From a virus (lineage: Duplodnaviria > Caudoviricetes), in the IMG/VR virus record IMGVR_UViG_3300038312_000257, positions 1 to 60,572 of that record: DNA of 60,572 nucleotides; one strand, 5' to 3'. Made by a program: the position numbers and the translations under genes. A model generated the notes under the pieces. It made no database searches. It was not told where the DNA came from and saw only the letters and a list, made by a program, of their open reading frames with translations. Within the stretch, counting starts at the first letter, position 1. Each line of letters starts with the position of its first letter. Positions 38,101-46,107 of the stretch are shown here, one piece after another.

Positions 38101-41100
38101 TTTTCCTTTTCCGTTTTTATAATTTTAACCGTATTTTCCCTTTGTTCGACAACCTTCACTTTGTCGCCTCGGGGGTCGATGTGTATTGTGCCCGGTGCAA
38201 AGGCATCCGTTTCCACTTTCTTGGCTTCCTCAGCCTCCGCTACTTGCCTCTCCTCGGCAGCGAGCTTCCGGTCGGTTTCGCCCTTCTTCCGGACGGATTC
38301 GACTTCTCCGTACTCAGCCACGATGTCCTCAGGAGTAGCTTCGCCCTCGTTAATCCGCCGGGCAACCTCTAAAGCCTCGGTTCTACCGGCGGCTCCGGGG
38401 GTCTCAGCCCTCCATATCGGCTGGTCGGTCTCCTTGTCATAGACAAAGAAAGTCTGCTTCTGAGATTTGTGTCCCGACGCCCCCTCGGTCAGGACCGAAT
38501 GAGTACGGACTACCGCCTGCTTCTGCTGGTGCCTAGAGTATTCAGCGGCGACCTTTTCCGCCATGGAAACCAAGGAATCAAACTCATTGAACATCTGCCG
38601 CATGTCATGCTCCGGCACAACATCGGTAAACAGAGCCCTTATCTCCGCTATCATCTTTTTCAGGGCGTTGTAGAGCTGCTCAAAGGCGCGAGGGGATTCT
38701 TTGCGTAAACCGCTCCAAAACTCCTCAGAGTTCAGGGCATGGCCCATGATGTCCCCGGCCATCTCTACGGATTCAGCGGTAATATCCTCACCCGATTCGA
38801 CCATTTTAATGAGCCCCTGGACATACTCGGCGTCCTTAATTCCGGCGTTTTGCACGGCGACCAAGAAGTCTTTAAAAACTCCTTTGTTGAAGGTTTTGTC
38901 CCGGAACATGGCGTGGGTTAGTTCGTGCCCAATGACCGCCATGGTGGGATTTTTGCTATTCACGTTTACGAAAACAGTGCCAGACTTGTTGCTGAAGGCC
39001 CCGCTCGGCGCCCCGTATTCTTCGATTACAGGATTAGCTTCAAAGAATACTACATCATGCCCAAAAGCCTTCTTTACGAGCTCCTGAACCTTTGCTTGTT
39101 CTTTCGTAAGGTCAACCACAAAAGCATTGGCTTCGCTTATAAAATCGGAGAACCTCTCTCTGAGGATAGGGTGCTCGTTGAGAAATCCCTGCATTGCATT
39201 TTCCAGGTCCTGCTGCGCGGCGCTCTGCTCGGGTGTGTGTTCTCGCAGAGCAGCCCGATATTTAGGGACAAAGGGGCCATGTTTCCTGATGTCGCTAGCG
39301 AACTGGCGGTCTTTCTGCGCCTGTTCGAGCACCTGCTCCTGGGCAGGAGCCTCGAACAGCTCAGGCTGCTCGCGCTGGGTCCCCTCAATATACTTCTGGG
39401 CCACTTCATCCACGAGCCCGCGCTCTATGTTGCCCCTATCGTAGAGGGCATCAATGGCATCCACCCCTCCCACAGGGTTCTCTTTGTGTATCCGGCGCAG
39501 TAAATCCGCTACTCCCTCTGCGCCCATCGCCTCGGGGTCGGCAAGCGTCTTTTCAAAGAACTCAACCTGCTCAATAAAAGGAGCTCCGCTAAGTACGGAA
39601 GCATACTCATTCATTAACTCTTCACCCCGCTGCCGCCAGAAGCTTCCATCTTGGAGCCCGATACCCTCAAGGGCAGCATTGCCTTCCGGGCTTTCCAGAA
39701 AACCCAACATAACTGCTTCGTAAGCTTCGTAGGTCGCATCCTCGTTGCCCTCGGTGCCTTGCATGAGGTCAATCATTGCTCCCTGCAGGAAGTCTTGATG
39801 CTCTTGGGGCAGGGAATTGAGGACTGCGCCATAAATAGCGAACCTATCGAACATTTCCTCACTCTGAGCCTGGTAGCCCTTTAGAGCATCAACATAGGCC
39901 CCGTAAACCTCCTTCTGAAAGCCCTTGTCCTGCGCCATCATGTCGTCCAGAGCTCTAAAGACAGCTTCCTTCTCTTCCATTCCGGTTTCCAGGTAGGCGT
40001 TGATTTTGTTATCTGCGATGGTTTTTCGCTCATCAATCAGGAGCCCCTTGACTTGAGCGAGGTAACCCTTTTCAAGGGCTGGGTCGATTTCTGATATGCG
40101 GGGAAATCTTAAGGCGCCAAGCTCGCCGGGATTAACCCCGTGGTCCGGAGCGCCCGCCGCTTTTTCTTTAGGGGACAGGGCTTTTTGCATGATTGTGCTA
40201 GAGGTCGCGCCCAGGCCGAAGAAGATGCCGCCCATACCGGCGCCAGCCCAGCCGGCTTCTCTAACTTCAGGAGCGAAGGGGTCAACCTTTTCGCCCGTTG
40301 CCCACTGCCCAATCATCTCTTGTCCCATCTCTTGGGCAGCTTCACTTCCGACCGCTCCAGCGAATCTGCCAGTGCCACGAGCCGCCTTAGATGCGACCTC
40401 GGCGGCTTTGGCGACCCTCGCGCCTTGAGAGGCAGCCTTTCCAGCTGTCCGGATGGCAGTACCTCCTGCCCCAAAGGTCAACACCTGCTCAATGGCATTG
40501 GTTCCCCCGACAAGAAGTAAGTTTGCCGCTTCGCCTTTCATAGCTGCCTCGCGAGCAACTTCGTGAGCCTCTTCCGGGGACTTACCCGCTTCGGTCATTT
40601 TGTCAAACATATCTTGATATATGCCGCCTTTTTCCAGCCTGGACTCTTCCCTGGCAGCTTCCGTTGCCGCATAACCGTGCACACCTGCACCTGCCGCAAC
40701 CATCCCAGCCCCAACCGCAGTAAGGCCCGCTCCAGCCGCCGCTCCCACTCCAGTGGGAGCGGTAAGTAGCCCGCCTACTACGCCAGTTGTTGTCATTGCT
40801 GCGCCCCCAGCCATGAGCGCAGTTCCCTCGACGCCGCGAATTAACCTCTTTGCCATGATGTCGTCCATCAGCGGCAAAGAGACAATAAGCCCCTTATAGT
40901 AATTTCTGCTCGTAAGTCTGTCAATAACTCCCTTATACTTGTGGTCTGGGTCGGGGAGCCCTTCTTTGTGCTTGTATAGCTCCTGGGAAGCCTTTTTGTG
41001 TTCAGCCTGCCCGTAAGTCGGGTCGTCCCTCTCAACTCTTTCTGCAGAGATTTTAGTGAGCGTCTCCATGGCCTCACCGGCCTTCCAGGATTCACCAAGC

Positions 41101-41312
41101 TCTTTAAAAAGGCCGAGTTTCTTTTTCCCGGAAACTGCGTCAACCGCAGCCACCTTGTTCTTGGGAGCTGGCTGCTGAGGTTCGGGGAGATAAGGCTTTT
41201 CTACCGCTCTTATGAAGTCTTCTCTTATTTTTCTGGAATATTCCTCTGCTTCCGCATAGGGGTTCCTAAAGCGAAAATCATAAGAATATGGCATCACTAC
41301 ACCTTCTTTCAT
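29175..41312 (-). CDS. Giant (4045 aa) polyvalent virion/ejection protein: two zincin metallopeptidases, GNAT-like, SF2 helicase, ADP-ribosyltransferase-like, LPD38-like C-terminus
   Basis: HELTH (~38920); HETGH (~33625); DGTGAGKT/DESH/QALGRVWR; FKKWFGNSKVVDEKGKPLVVYHGS..GFYF..HDGVI..PNQIKS; RIPKPFD. Confidence 0.8.
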   Translation of the reverse strand: MKEGVVMPYSYDFRFRNPYAEAEEYSRKIREDFIRAVEKPYLPEPQQPAPKNKVAAVDAVSGKKKLGLFKELGESWKAGEAMETLTKISAERVERDDPTYGQAEHKKASQELYKHKEGLPDPDHKYKGVIDRLTSRNYYKGLIVSLPLMDDIMAKRLIRGVEGTALMAGGAAMTTTGVVGGLLTAPTGVGAAAGAGLTAVGAGMVAAGAGVHGYAATEAAREESRLEKGGIYQDMFDKMTEAGKSPEEAHEVAREAAMKGEAANLLLVGGTNAIEQVLTFGAGGTAIRTAGKAASQGARVAKAAEVASKAARGTGRFAGAVGSEAAQEMGQEMIGQWATGEKVDPFAPEVREAGWAGAGMGGIFFGLGATSSTIMQKALSPKEKAAGAPDHGVNPGELGALRFPRISEIDPALEKGYLAQVKGLLIDERKTIADNKINAYLETGMEEKEAVFRALDDMMAQDKGFQKEVYGAYVDALKGYQAQSEEMFDRFAIYGAVLNSLPQEHQDFLQGAMIDLMQGTEGNEDATYEAYEAVMLGFLESPEGNAALEGIGLQDGSFWRQRGEELMNEYASVLSGAPFIEQVEFFEKTLADPEAMGAEGVADLLRRIHKENPVGGVDAIDALYDRGNIERGLVDEVAQKYIEGTQREQPELFEAPAQEQVLEQAQKDRQFASDIRKHGPFVPKYRAALREHTPEQSAAQQDLENAMQGFLNEHPILRERFSDFISEANAFVVDLTKEQAKVQELVKKAFGHDVVFFEANPVIEEYGAPSGAFSNKSGTVFVNVNSKNPTMAVIGHELTHAMFRDKTFNKGVFKDFLVAVQNAGIKDAEYVQGLIKMVESGEDITAESVEMAGDIMGHALNSEEFWSGLRKESPRAFEQLYNALKKMIAEIRALFTDVVPEHDMRQMFNEFDSLVSMAEKVAAEYSRHQQKQAVVRTHSVLTEGASGHKSQKQTFFVYDKETDQPIWRAETPGAAGRTEALEVARRINEGEATPEDIVAEYGEVESVRKKGETDRKLAAEERQVAEAEEAKKVETDAFAPGTIHIDPRGDKVKVVEQRENTVKIIKTEKENSKSFWVAKKHLKPYTENELIFGGEIYAGARELENRAKQSGIPSSIGRAEEIWDVRDRLSGLREENDRQVESGRQVGRKNKENAGNMVKRLKPQVAQVLGKKKTGASDIYGIGEPSAFFDALKQAKDKTEHGPYVELKSPEEYAGMKLFLTEGGHSGVAVTPDGDIVSLFNNKQESGVRRGSTQLLLNALSEGGKKLDNYDGNLSDIYEQHGFIPVVKVRFDEEFTPPGWKKEWGQPYIIFWVHNGDNPAEVAQKIWNYPVHNLDKVPVVDSGKESYDKAAQIRDELLQRLEESRKDETPVTETPVPETPTKLALPTQEEIDNELGEVFEFDEYGKYYWYDVIDWMEEMAEEEDSVSMQINLAYLEAALEYAKEVPTIKADAAEGKGFTEKYTLDTYNKEQKEAIRLLKSSIKKMQKKVKALPPEEILAESTKEVLPQDIPDPPVVEMPGETEPTDEGSGKKGKVDIDDITDDFSDDEDLSDLLDEFSDIVGEGNVRSRQSLDSEARRIEEELSSYESLLGDDDFDFQSARREIPYYQRARAVLEKNNPAALPELEKIKDNPHAIREFIGRLAAEQSERLDKANQQRAQREAEEKRVRKESLKRLAKTEELLKPNKEKRAFNAKQLEKAKKMFDIIKARVDKGEALSSKKLAQLEKVFAGYNETMAPASIEDSVPIRVLRRLGLELEMGIDTRRNYDSGKDEIKYFWSISGNIATYGRELFNMGARYNDATKRYEWVSSDPADSPLSAIMDKFGGEEYVEKAQRATIELGGENEKGSLTGTYRRTDVVRHGRTIYATGTAENPRKLRITKGIKTKKRTEIKCDENTWNVLEEHQKDGVSLAVEALDNHGAFILADGTGAGKTAQMLAVAEHYSRNGESVLIVLHDEKSFREAFVRDAKLLGIPTGKLHFMAAKKNSAKRSKMKKGAINAVVYNYFSVGDESILDKLGMAPDLIVFDESHNMKKADKDSKKADIGRDLSLLANKAMFATATIAEDTEQLMYLEKLGFLDHYDVGLADPKASFLQRMGYVFVDNKEGGYWRSANLEYTAGQLELFYNELADAGLLLKRELSLEGVNIGVRKYDIDESLRSSMDQVANIVESKGINPYTKAKVLMAQRRYLETQKIQEAYNLALEEMEKGRQVLIFAGQVNPTSMIKGVREQLMSDWGFVKKASEEARRRGRHFGTKRQKEAFVEEMLQEELAKRQASGGIPDGPGTLTELAGKFDAYFREKQGKGPYYNQVAKIFGGGKVEGEIENYQSGVAPVALATIQKGGTSVSLDDQHGDRPRTVIFMTPPFSAIETMQALGRVWRLTTKSDVDVMFLKADHPIDDWGFEITYRKLKMLGAIGQADATKTYEALATDAAEGGALSALERRKLSDKTPAEPGAIPEFQQDWRARQRFKYADSTARKAVSEANQTLGVTRRDKDRITYAADGWTPEMELADKAAVALSGTSIIPVKMPSFMSRALGFFERSNGKIFINKDTEDPVTYVALHETGHRMKETHPKHYARIEKVAIDNLKEEHSELIKRYTDRDYTTDEMPEEFVSDLVAEMLHDKSFISKLREQAPEVIKPLLDVLDEVISKIKLALSKDDSVLPFIENLERLRSELAPEYVGYLKTVQSEKETVARHREGWGKAAKVGSKAATNTPEFKKWFGNSKVVDEKGKPLVVYHGSKDPGFGSFEKPKIQGTMWHGTGFYFDSSKNHASSYAGLKAGQLDQFLNVLGEGAPKEGHVMGVYPVYLKMGNPLEVTSDWDAEFTKGLKANEVQQAYDQYLTEHGHDGVIADFGKHKEYMVREPNQIKSIYNKGTFDSENPDINFQQDWRARQKAAMEKAEKTRSLKDLHQAQKEYYQGEIQEAKESGNEARAAELEETQQIAADGIEVLESVKKNAMDFFVDSMVSEAKSSRSQLPSRGKRKQENIWDYIKRIYRTRRNDPDKRELALVPASELIEDRKGAGFSIDRGHPEAAGMEIMRSVDNIKVAPLEKFLIKDNLMNTFLLGDIQYREDAEGKPLTAEQKQKYFAMMAYYKFMRNGIDDKVALRLIEELACGELNEADKSIYKLARMYGGIETRTFYGLIRDFQGISKLLTDEEGAYSDEMEVIVGKLATASHALDVNKFFREQAESKTEDASGFTDEQIQEVLDEARAQLAKLPRAQQEKARKAQKELVAFHRRLLNDMLEGEVITQKTYDTLTQAYPNYVPMFRHLRDNRVIDFDPTKPAGLPSSLEGTIEPLMNRKGSTRPVQDILTSSLEAYSRARRATEMNAVLRNLDHVIDGLEASGLKDKLVKRHRNIPVLREFYAIKDDGTEVPADNLTQEDLEMLGVGTVICSKSKDVANYVVAKEKGEIILYEAHPEIIAAIQTMRKQAYEENNVWKFFRACGDVLRTGATTSPEFIVKNPIRDAFHGYITSDSGVAAQDIAESAVFMLGGRDNARLQQLWQEFLEDGGGMGNILNDIITRHNNFYKEVTGRKALGDFNPIRGLQNVSHTAENISRFTEYVKARETGTSRKEAAFRAMDQMDFGMAGKTLRPINSIVPFFNAGIQGKYKLFRKFKQNPKAFFERALWAHLPFTMFSIAARFFASDDQRRRIEEAHSYIRVNYWLIPVPGKDMIIRIPKPFDASMLFANTIESFFDYATTKDSMAVADAVKNWAVDNLQHTVLPNTMFPQALNIFAEWQTGYKQFYGMDSVPASLSKYRAMDQYTSLTPHLCIAWGRAMGAMGLGDRRIASPVAVQSLIDTTFGGLGTMTLDLIDMAWNGLTWTLDAMTPNTEVKTYRERTKGQAPSKENWVSRHTGIHVNIDKLPMLRVFLQTTDYGKSVNEVYRKWGRLKKQKAVCDTLAENGQLEAAIRAMPQKDWDLYHILKITVDIDQTIGDENRMVRTFRDTTHLDAAEKAYWTDIAEHDRWRMAREALVFIKLWDAGATPDALLEEAEKSYGMSGELKEKLKVLDKAFEKHVEDANKEALKQRLSKMDKETKVVK

Positions 41313-41325
41313 ATTCGGCTCAACC

Positions 41326-42051
41326 TTATCCGCCTACACCATAAGCGCCCCCGCCTCCGCCCGCACCACTTTCTATCATTTTTCTTATCTCACCTAAATC
41401 CAGAGACTTATTGTCCGATTTAATAGAGAACTGGGCATCGTAAATAGGTTTGAGCCTCGCGCCTGCTTCGGTCGCAAAATATTCTTCCGGCGACTTGCCG
41501 AATTTTGAGTATATGAGGGAGTCAACGACCGCCTTGGCATCGGCCCCAGTAGCCATCATGTGGGCAATTTCATTATTGTCCTTTAGTAGCGAATTTACGG
41601 TGTAATACAGGGGGTCTTGGCTTGCAAGGTAATTAGTTTGCCCCTTTGCTACCTTGCCCTTGAGGGAAGAGTTGCGATTAAACCTATCCACTGCACGTAG
41701 GTATGCGTCAGCAGTAGCCATGTTAGCGCGCTCAGTCTGGGTCGGGTTAAAAGTGTAACCGCCGCCGCCACCGCCGCCACCCCTCATTGCGCTAACAGCG
41801 AGGCTCGAATTAAATTGCCGTACGCCCTCATCAAAGTTCCTGCGGTCCCTAAAAACATCTTCGTTGTAGTTTCTGCGGTCCTGAAGTACGCCCTCATCAA
41901 AAGCCCTGCGCTCTAGGGTCTTGGTGCCTGGAGCAAAAGGCATGTAAGCAGGGTTTTCTTTTCTGTAGCCGGTTATAGCGTCGGCCACGGTTTTTGTCCG
42001 GTTAATCCACTCGTCAGGAACCACGTCAACCGGAATGTTATTCTTGCTCAT
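41326..42051 (-). CDS. Putative internal virion (ejection) protein
   Basis: Position before the giant protein; DRRNF repeats and poly-Gly. Confidence 0.55.
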   Translation of the reverse strand: MSKNNIPVDVVPDEWINRTKTVADAITGYRKENPAYMPFAPGTKTLERRAFDEGVLQDRRNYNEDVFRDRRNFDEGVRQFNSSLAVSAMRGGGGGGGGYTFNPTQTERANMATADAYLRAVDRFNRNSSLKGKVAKGQTNYLASQDPLYYTVNSLLKDNNEIAHMMATGADAKAVVDSLIYSKFGKSPEEYFATEAGARLKPIYDAQFSIKSDNKSLDLGEIRKMIESGAGGGGGAYGVGG

Positions 42052-42056
42052 AATCT

Positions 42057-43223
42057 CTACCTCCCGCCATACAGAAGCTTGTCTATTGCGCTCTGAGGTA
42101 TCTGCCACCTGTTGTTAACCAATTGACCCCCCATGCTCTTTAGCTGTGTAGGAGAAAACGACTGAGAACCTATAGACACATTACCGGTAGCGGAGTCCCA
42201 ACCGACGCCAACCCCAGCATTTTCAGCATATTGGCGCAGCCCTACAATCGAGTCAAGGCTCCCCATGCTAACCGTTTGGCCAGCCGGATAATCTGGAGTC
42301 TGTCCCATTATGCCTGTCCAGGATTGAGTTAACTGGTCATCCTGATATCTTGTGTTCGCAAAATACGGCAGCAGGCCCAGAAGCGCCTGCGTGTCTGCTG
42401 CACGATTACTTTGACTTATCCCCGCAAGTTGCAATACAATCTGCTGGTCTTCTCTGTTTAGCTGGTCGAAAATGGAAGTTGTTACTTGCCCCCTGCGTCC
42501 CTCCAGCTCAGTGACCTGGCCCCCGAACTGCTTCTCAAATAAGTCCTTACCCTCTTCGAGGTTGGTTAACTTGGCCGCTTTTTCGCCCTCAAGCTGCGTA
42601 GCCTTCAGCATTACAGGCTCCTGTAGCTTGGCGACTCCATACTCAACTGCTCCAGACCTGCCGCCGCCTCGCGCGATGGCACTCTCAGTGCCCGCTTCTC
42701 GAGCTTGGGCCAAGAGTCGGTCTGTCTCCGCCGGAACTCCCGCATATGCGGCCTCTATGTTCCTTTTAGATGATTCGTAGCCGCCCATGTAATCCTCTTT
42801 GCCTCGCGTCAGGGCTGAAATCATCGGGTCTATCTGCAAATTTGCGAGGTTCCGCGCTTGCGTCATCATCTCTTCTCTTGACAATCGAGTTATTTCCGGC
42901 GGTTTATGTTGACCAGATATGCCGGATATAAGGTTGGCTACATCTTGCAAACTAAACGACTGCGATGATGTCGATTGCCGCTGCGCCGATTGGCTGTTGG
43001 GTGTTCGCGTTGTTGTTCGCGTTGGCGTAGCGCTCCGTGATGGCTCCTGGTAAACAGTTACTCCTGATTGCTCTCCCCCGTATGTTGCTCTTCCTCCGCC
43101 GGCTATTATTGCCTCTGCTTGACCAATGCCAGCAAGTGCCCGGTCAGCTTGCTCCTGGGTAATTGCTCCTACTGCAAGTTGTTTGGCTACATTTTTACGT
43201 TGTTGCTCTTCAAAAGCCCCCAT
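42057..43223 (-). CDS. Putative internal virion (ejection) protein
   Basis: Q/A/G-rich helical sequence; podovirus-like gene order. Confidence 0.55.
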   Translation of the reverse strand: MGAFEEQQRKNVAKQLAVGAITQEQADRALAGIGQAEAIIAGGGRATYGGEQSGVTVYQEPSRSATPTRTTTRTPNSQSAQRQSTSSQSFSLQDVANLISGISGQHKPPEITRLSREEMMTQARNLANLQIDPMISALTRGKEDYMGGYESSKRNIEAAYAGVPAETDRLLAQAREAGTESAIARGGGRSGAVEYGVAKLQEPVMLKATQLEGEKAAKLTNLEEGKDLFEKQFGGQVTELEGRRGQVTTSIFDQLNREDQQIVLQLAGISQSNRAADTQALLGLLPYFANTRYQDDQLTQSWTGIMGQTPDYPAGQTVSMGSLDSIVGLRQYAENAGVGVGWDSATGNVSIGSQSFSPTQLKSMGGQLVNNRWQIPQSAIDKLLYGGR

Positions 43224-43253
43224 TGTGTCACCCCCTAAAATAAGGTACCCGCC

Positions 43254-43454
43254 CTATTCGAGCGGCTTTACCGTGGATTCAAGTTTGTTTAACCTTTCCT
43301 TAATTTCATCGAGGTCGTTTTTTATATCAGATAGACGAATAGCTTTTTCTCCGTCCATCGGCAAGCCCATTAATTTTCGCCCCTTCTGTGGCTGGCTTCC
43401 GCATTTACCTGGTTGGTCTAAGTTCAATTGCACCACAAACGCCATTTTACTCAC
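43254..43454 (-). CDS. Hypothetical protein
   Basis: Short ORF with RBS in the tail module. Confidence 0.5.
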   Translation of the reverse strand: MSKMAFVVQLNLDQPGKCGSQPQKGRKLMGLPMDGEKAIRLSDIKNDLDEIKERLNKLESTVKPLE

Positions 43455-43471
43455 CGCCCCCTCTCCTTTGT

Positions 43472-45424
43472 TTACGCAATGACTAGATACGAAAAAGTGA
43501 TGCCTTGCGCAAAAAACACCTGGTCGGTTTCAACAAAGTTTTGATTTGGCGCCCAATAATTCGGAACAAAGTGCTCAGTTTCCCACCTATTTCTGATTTG
43601 ATAGTATGCTCTTACTTTAAATCGCGCCTTGTCGTTGGGGTCCAACTTATCCCCCAGGTGTTTTTCTATCACCTTCAGAACAAACCTAGGACCGCCGCTA
43701 GTTGTAATAGCTACTACGGCACCGCTTGTCATCGTGCCCTCGAACGACGAGGGCATCTCGTATTCTTTTACTGAGAGAACAATGTTGTAATTTATGCCCC
43801 GCCACTCGTCGGGCAGATATATCCATTTGTCTTCTACCCATTCAGCTACATCCGCTTCCGTAATGTATTTTGCTCCGTTGTCTCCTACCCCATCTCCTGC
43901 GCCGAATCGGTAATTCCAGTCCCTGTAATAGTTTGGTCCCGCTGGGTCGAAGTATGGATACCAGTCATTAGCATAGTTGCAACGCGGCTGATAACCGTAT
44001 GTCAAATGAGAAAAACCGTCATCAGGGTCATAAACGTAAAAACTACTTGGTCCGGTCCATGTCAACCATCGCTTTAAAAGTAAATAGCAGAAACCAATAG
44101 TAGTTGCCTCGCCGCCGTGTACCATAAAAAGATAATTTTTATTTTGATTGGCTATATGTCGAAGCAAACCATCGTAGGATAGAGTTGTATAACTACCGTC
44201 AGCGTGCATTACTTTGCCGCCAAATTTCCCGGTTGCATACTGTCCCCAAAATGCGCGGGGGGTCCCGTAGCCATCATGCACGTTTACCCCGTCGTTGGTC
44301 GCTAACATGTAACCAGGTTTATCAAATTTGCCATCAATTACCTTGTCATGTATATCAACCCACGAGCTACCATTCCAGCGATGCAGCCTGTTGTTGTTAC
44401 CCGTATGAATCCACAAGTCACCTACGCCATCGGCAATAGGAGCGGTAGACTGAGAAAAAGTAACTATTTTACGACTAGGGTCATAGCCCTCCTCAAACTG
44501 AGTAGCATAGCCTACCCTTACGACGCTGGCATCAATGGTGCCGGCAAGTATGTGCCCTATGTTGCTGGATATAGCGGATAACTCGTTTACATTGACTTTG
44601 TCGGCGGTTACCGCCCCGGCTGCTATTTTTTCAGCAACAACGGCACTTGCTCCTATTTTTTCAGCAGTAACGGCTCCAGCGTATATCTTTTCCGATGTAA
44701 CAGAATTAGCCCCCAGGTGACCGGCGGCTATCACTCCAGCCGCTATAGCGTTAGCCCCTACAGCATCAGCAGCAATCTTTCCAGCCGTAATGGCGTTAGC
44801 AGCGACCTTATCAGCTGTAACAGCATTGGCAGCAACCTTATCGGCTGTAACGGCATTGGCAGTAATCTTGTCCGCAGTAACGGCGTTAGCGGCAATCTTG
44901 TCCGCTATGATGGCGTTGGCAGCAATCTTATCGGTCCCCACAGCGGCGTCAGCAATCTTTTCAATGGTAATGGCCAGCGGAGCAATTTTGTCTGTCGATA
45001 CTGCACCATCTGCTATCTTGGCCATCTCCACCGCTAAATCAGCCAGCTTGTTTGCATCCACGGCAGCATCAGCAATCTTATCCATAAGCACCGCATTTTC
45101 GGCCAGTTTTACTGAGGTTACCGCCAAGTCTTTCAGTTTTAATTCTGATACAGCCGCATCTGCTATTTGAAGCTCTTCAATCAAGCCCTCTAGTTTTTTA
45201 GTTAAAAACGTACCATCTTCGGTTATGTTTCCGGCCCGGTCCCAAATTTTGGCAGCATCCTCCAGGTCGCCAACGCCGCCGCCGGTCACAGTCTTAATTT
45301 GCATTTGCAAAAAAGCCAGGTGGCGCTCAATCTCTTTAAAGTTGCGATGGAGCGCCACCAACATGTCTTCGTTGAAGTCTACGATTTTAAACGGAAGTTG
45401 AACAATGTCCTGTTCTCCGGACAT
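43472..45424 (-). CDS. Tail fibre/spike protein with 10-aa tandem repeats
   Basis: About 20 copies of AVTADKIAAN-like repeat (~44590-45170); GDLWIHT..RWNGSSW. Confidence 0.75.
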   Translation of the reverse strand: MSGEQDIVQLPFKIVDFNEDMLVALHRNFKEIERHLAFLQMQIKTVTGGGVGDLEDAAKIWDRAGNITEDGTFLTKKLEGLIEELQIADAAVSELKLKDLAVTSVKLAENAVLMDKIADAAVDANKLADLAVEMAKIADGAVSTDKIAPLAITIEKIADAAVGTDKIAANAIIADKIAANAVTADKITANAVTADKVAANAVTADKVAANAITAGKIAADAVGANAIAAGVIAAGHLGANSVTSEKIYAGAVTAEKIGASAVVAEKIAAGAVTADKVNVNELSAISSNIGHILAGTIDASVVRVGYATQFEEGYDPSRKIVTFSQSTAPIADGVGDLWIHTGNNNRLHRWNGSSWVDIHDKVIDGKFDKPGYMLATNDGVNVHDGYGTPRAFWGQYATGKFGGKVMHADGSYTTLSYDGLLRHIANQNKNYLFMVHGGEATTIGFCYLLLKRWLTWTGPSSFYVYDPDDGFSHLTYGYQPRCNYANDWYPYFDPAGPNYYRDWNYRFGAGDGVGDNGAKYITEADVAEWVEDKWIYLPDEWRGINYNIVLSVKEYEMPSSFEGTMTSGAVVAITTSGGPRFVLKVIEKHLGDKLDPNDKARFKVRAYYQIRNRWETEHFVPNYWAPNQNFVETDQVFFAQGITFSYLVIA

Positions 45425-45609
45425 TCATCAAACCCTCCCTTCTGAGGAGTTTGTTGCAACAAAAAAAGAGCCCTTGGCTCTAGGATTTCGGCTCCTGTTT
45501 ACTGCACTTAAATTGTCAAATGTGTAACAGGTGTATATAAATTTTCATTCCCTAGATTAGAAACTCTTCTTACTGCCAATTTTTATCCTCCTTTCTCTAC
45601 CCATTATTT

Positions 45610-45741
45610 TTAAACATAAGGTTCTCCAACAATTTCCTCATACTGTGCGGAGGTAATTTTTTCAGCTACAACTGCATCAGCTACCATTTCTTTTGTCCAA
45701 TATTTCGGATAAAAACGCTTAATTAATGTAGGCCAATCCAT
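45610..45741 (-). CDS. XkdX-family small protein (43 aa, not in ORF track)
   Basis: MDWPTLIKRFYPKYWTKEMVADAVVAEKITSAQYEEIVGEPYV. Confidence 0.75.
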   Translation of the reverse strand: MDWPTLIKRFYPKYWTKEMVADAVVAEKITSAQYEEIVGEPYV

Positions 45742-46107
45742 CTATATAACCCCCTTCATCATAAGTTGATATAAAGTATCTGCCTGTGTTTGCTCTACTG
45801 CTTGTATCGCTAAATCCTTTGCGACTAACTCATACGCCAACCCTGCTAATACGGCCTCCTGTTGTTCTTTGTCTATCTCGTCCTCGGTTTTTTCGGTTAA
45901 AATAAACCATGATTGCGTTCCATAAACTTTGTTTTGTACCAATTTCATATTGTTATAAATCGTACTACCTTCTTCGTTCGTAATAGTTACAGTGTCTAAA
46001 TTGTTTTTAAAAACCTCATCGTCAATGATAGTATCAGAAATAAAATTATTGCCATTTAACTCTAAACCTTTTAATTCCGTACTATCAGCCAGCTTTACGC
46101 TATACAT
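45742..46107 (-). CDS. Tail-fibre-associated hypothetical protein
   Basis: LADSTELKGLELNGNNFIS; C-terminal coiled coil; precedes XkdX. Confidence 0.65.
   Translation of the reverse strand: MYSVKLADSTELKGLELNGNNFISDTIIDDEVFKNNLDTVTITNEEGSTIYNNMKLVQNKVYGTQSWFILTEKTEDEIDKEQQEAVLAGLAYELVAKDLAIQAVEQTQADTLYQLMMKGVI

Noticed and set aside
29250-41423. Many + strand ORFs antisense to the giant gene (likewise opposite primase, portal and terminase)
   Set aside because: Shadow ORFs of long coding sequences with no RBS or recognisable motifs.
44590-45170. 30-nt tandem repeats as a second guide array
   Set aside because: In-frame coding repeats (AVTADKIAAN) with synonymous variation inside a tail protein.
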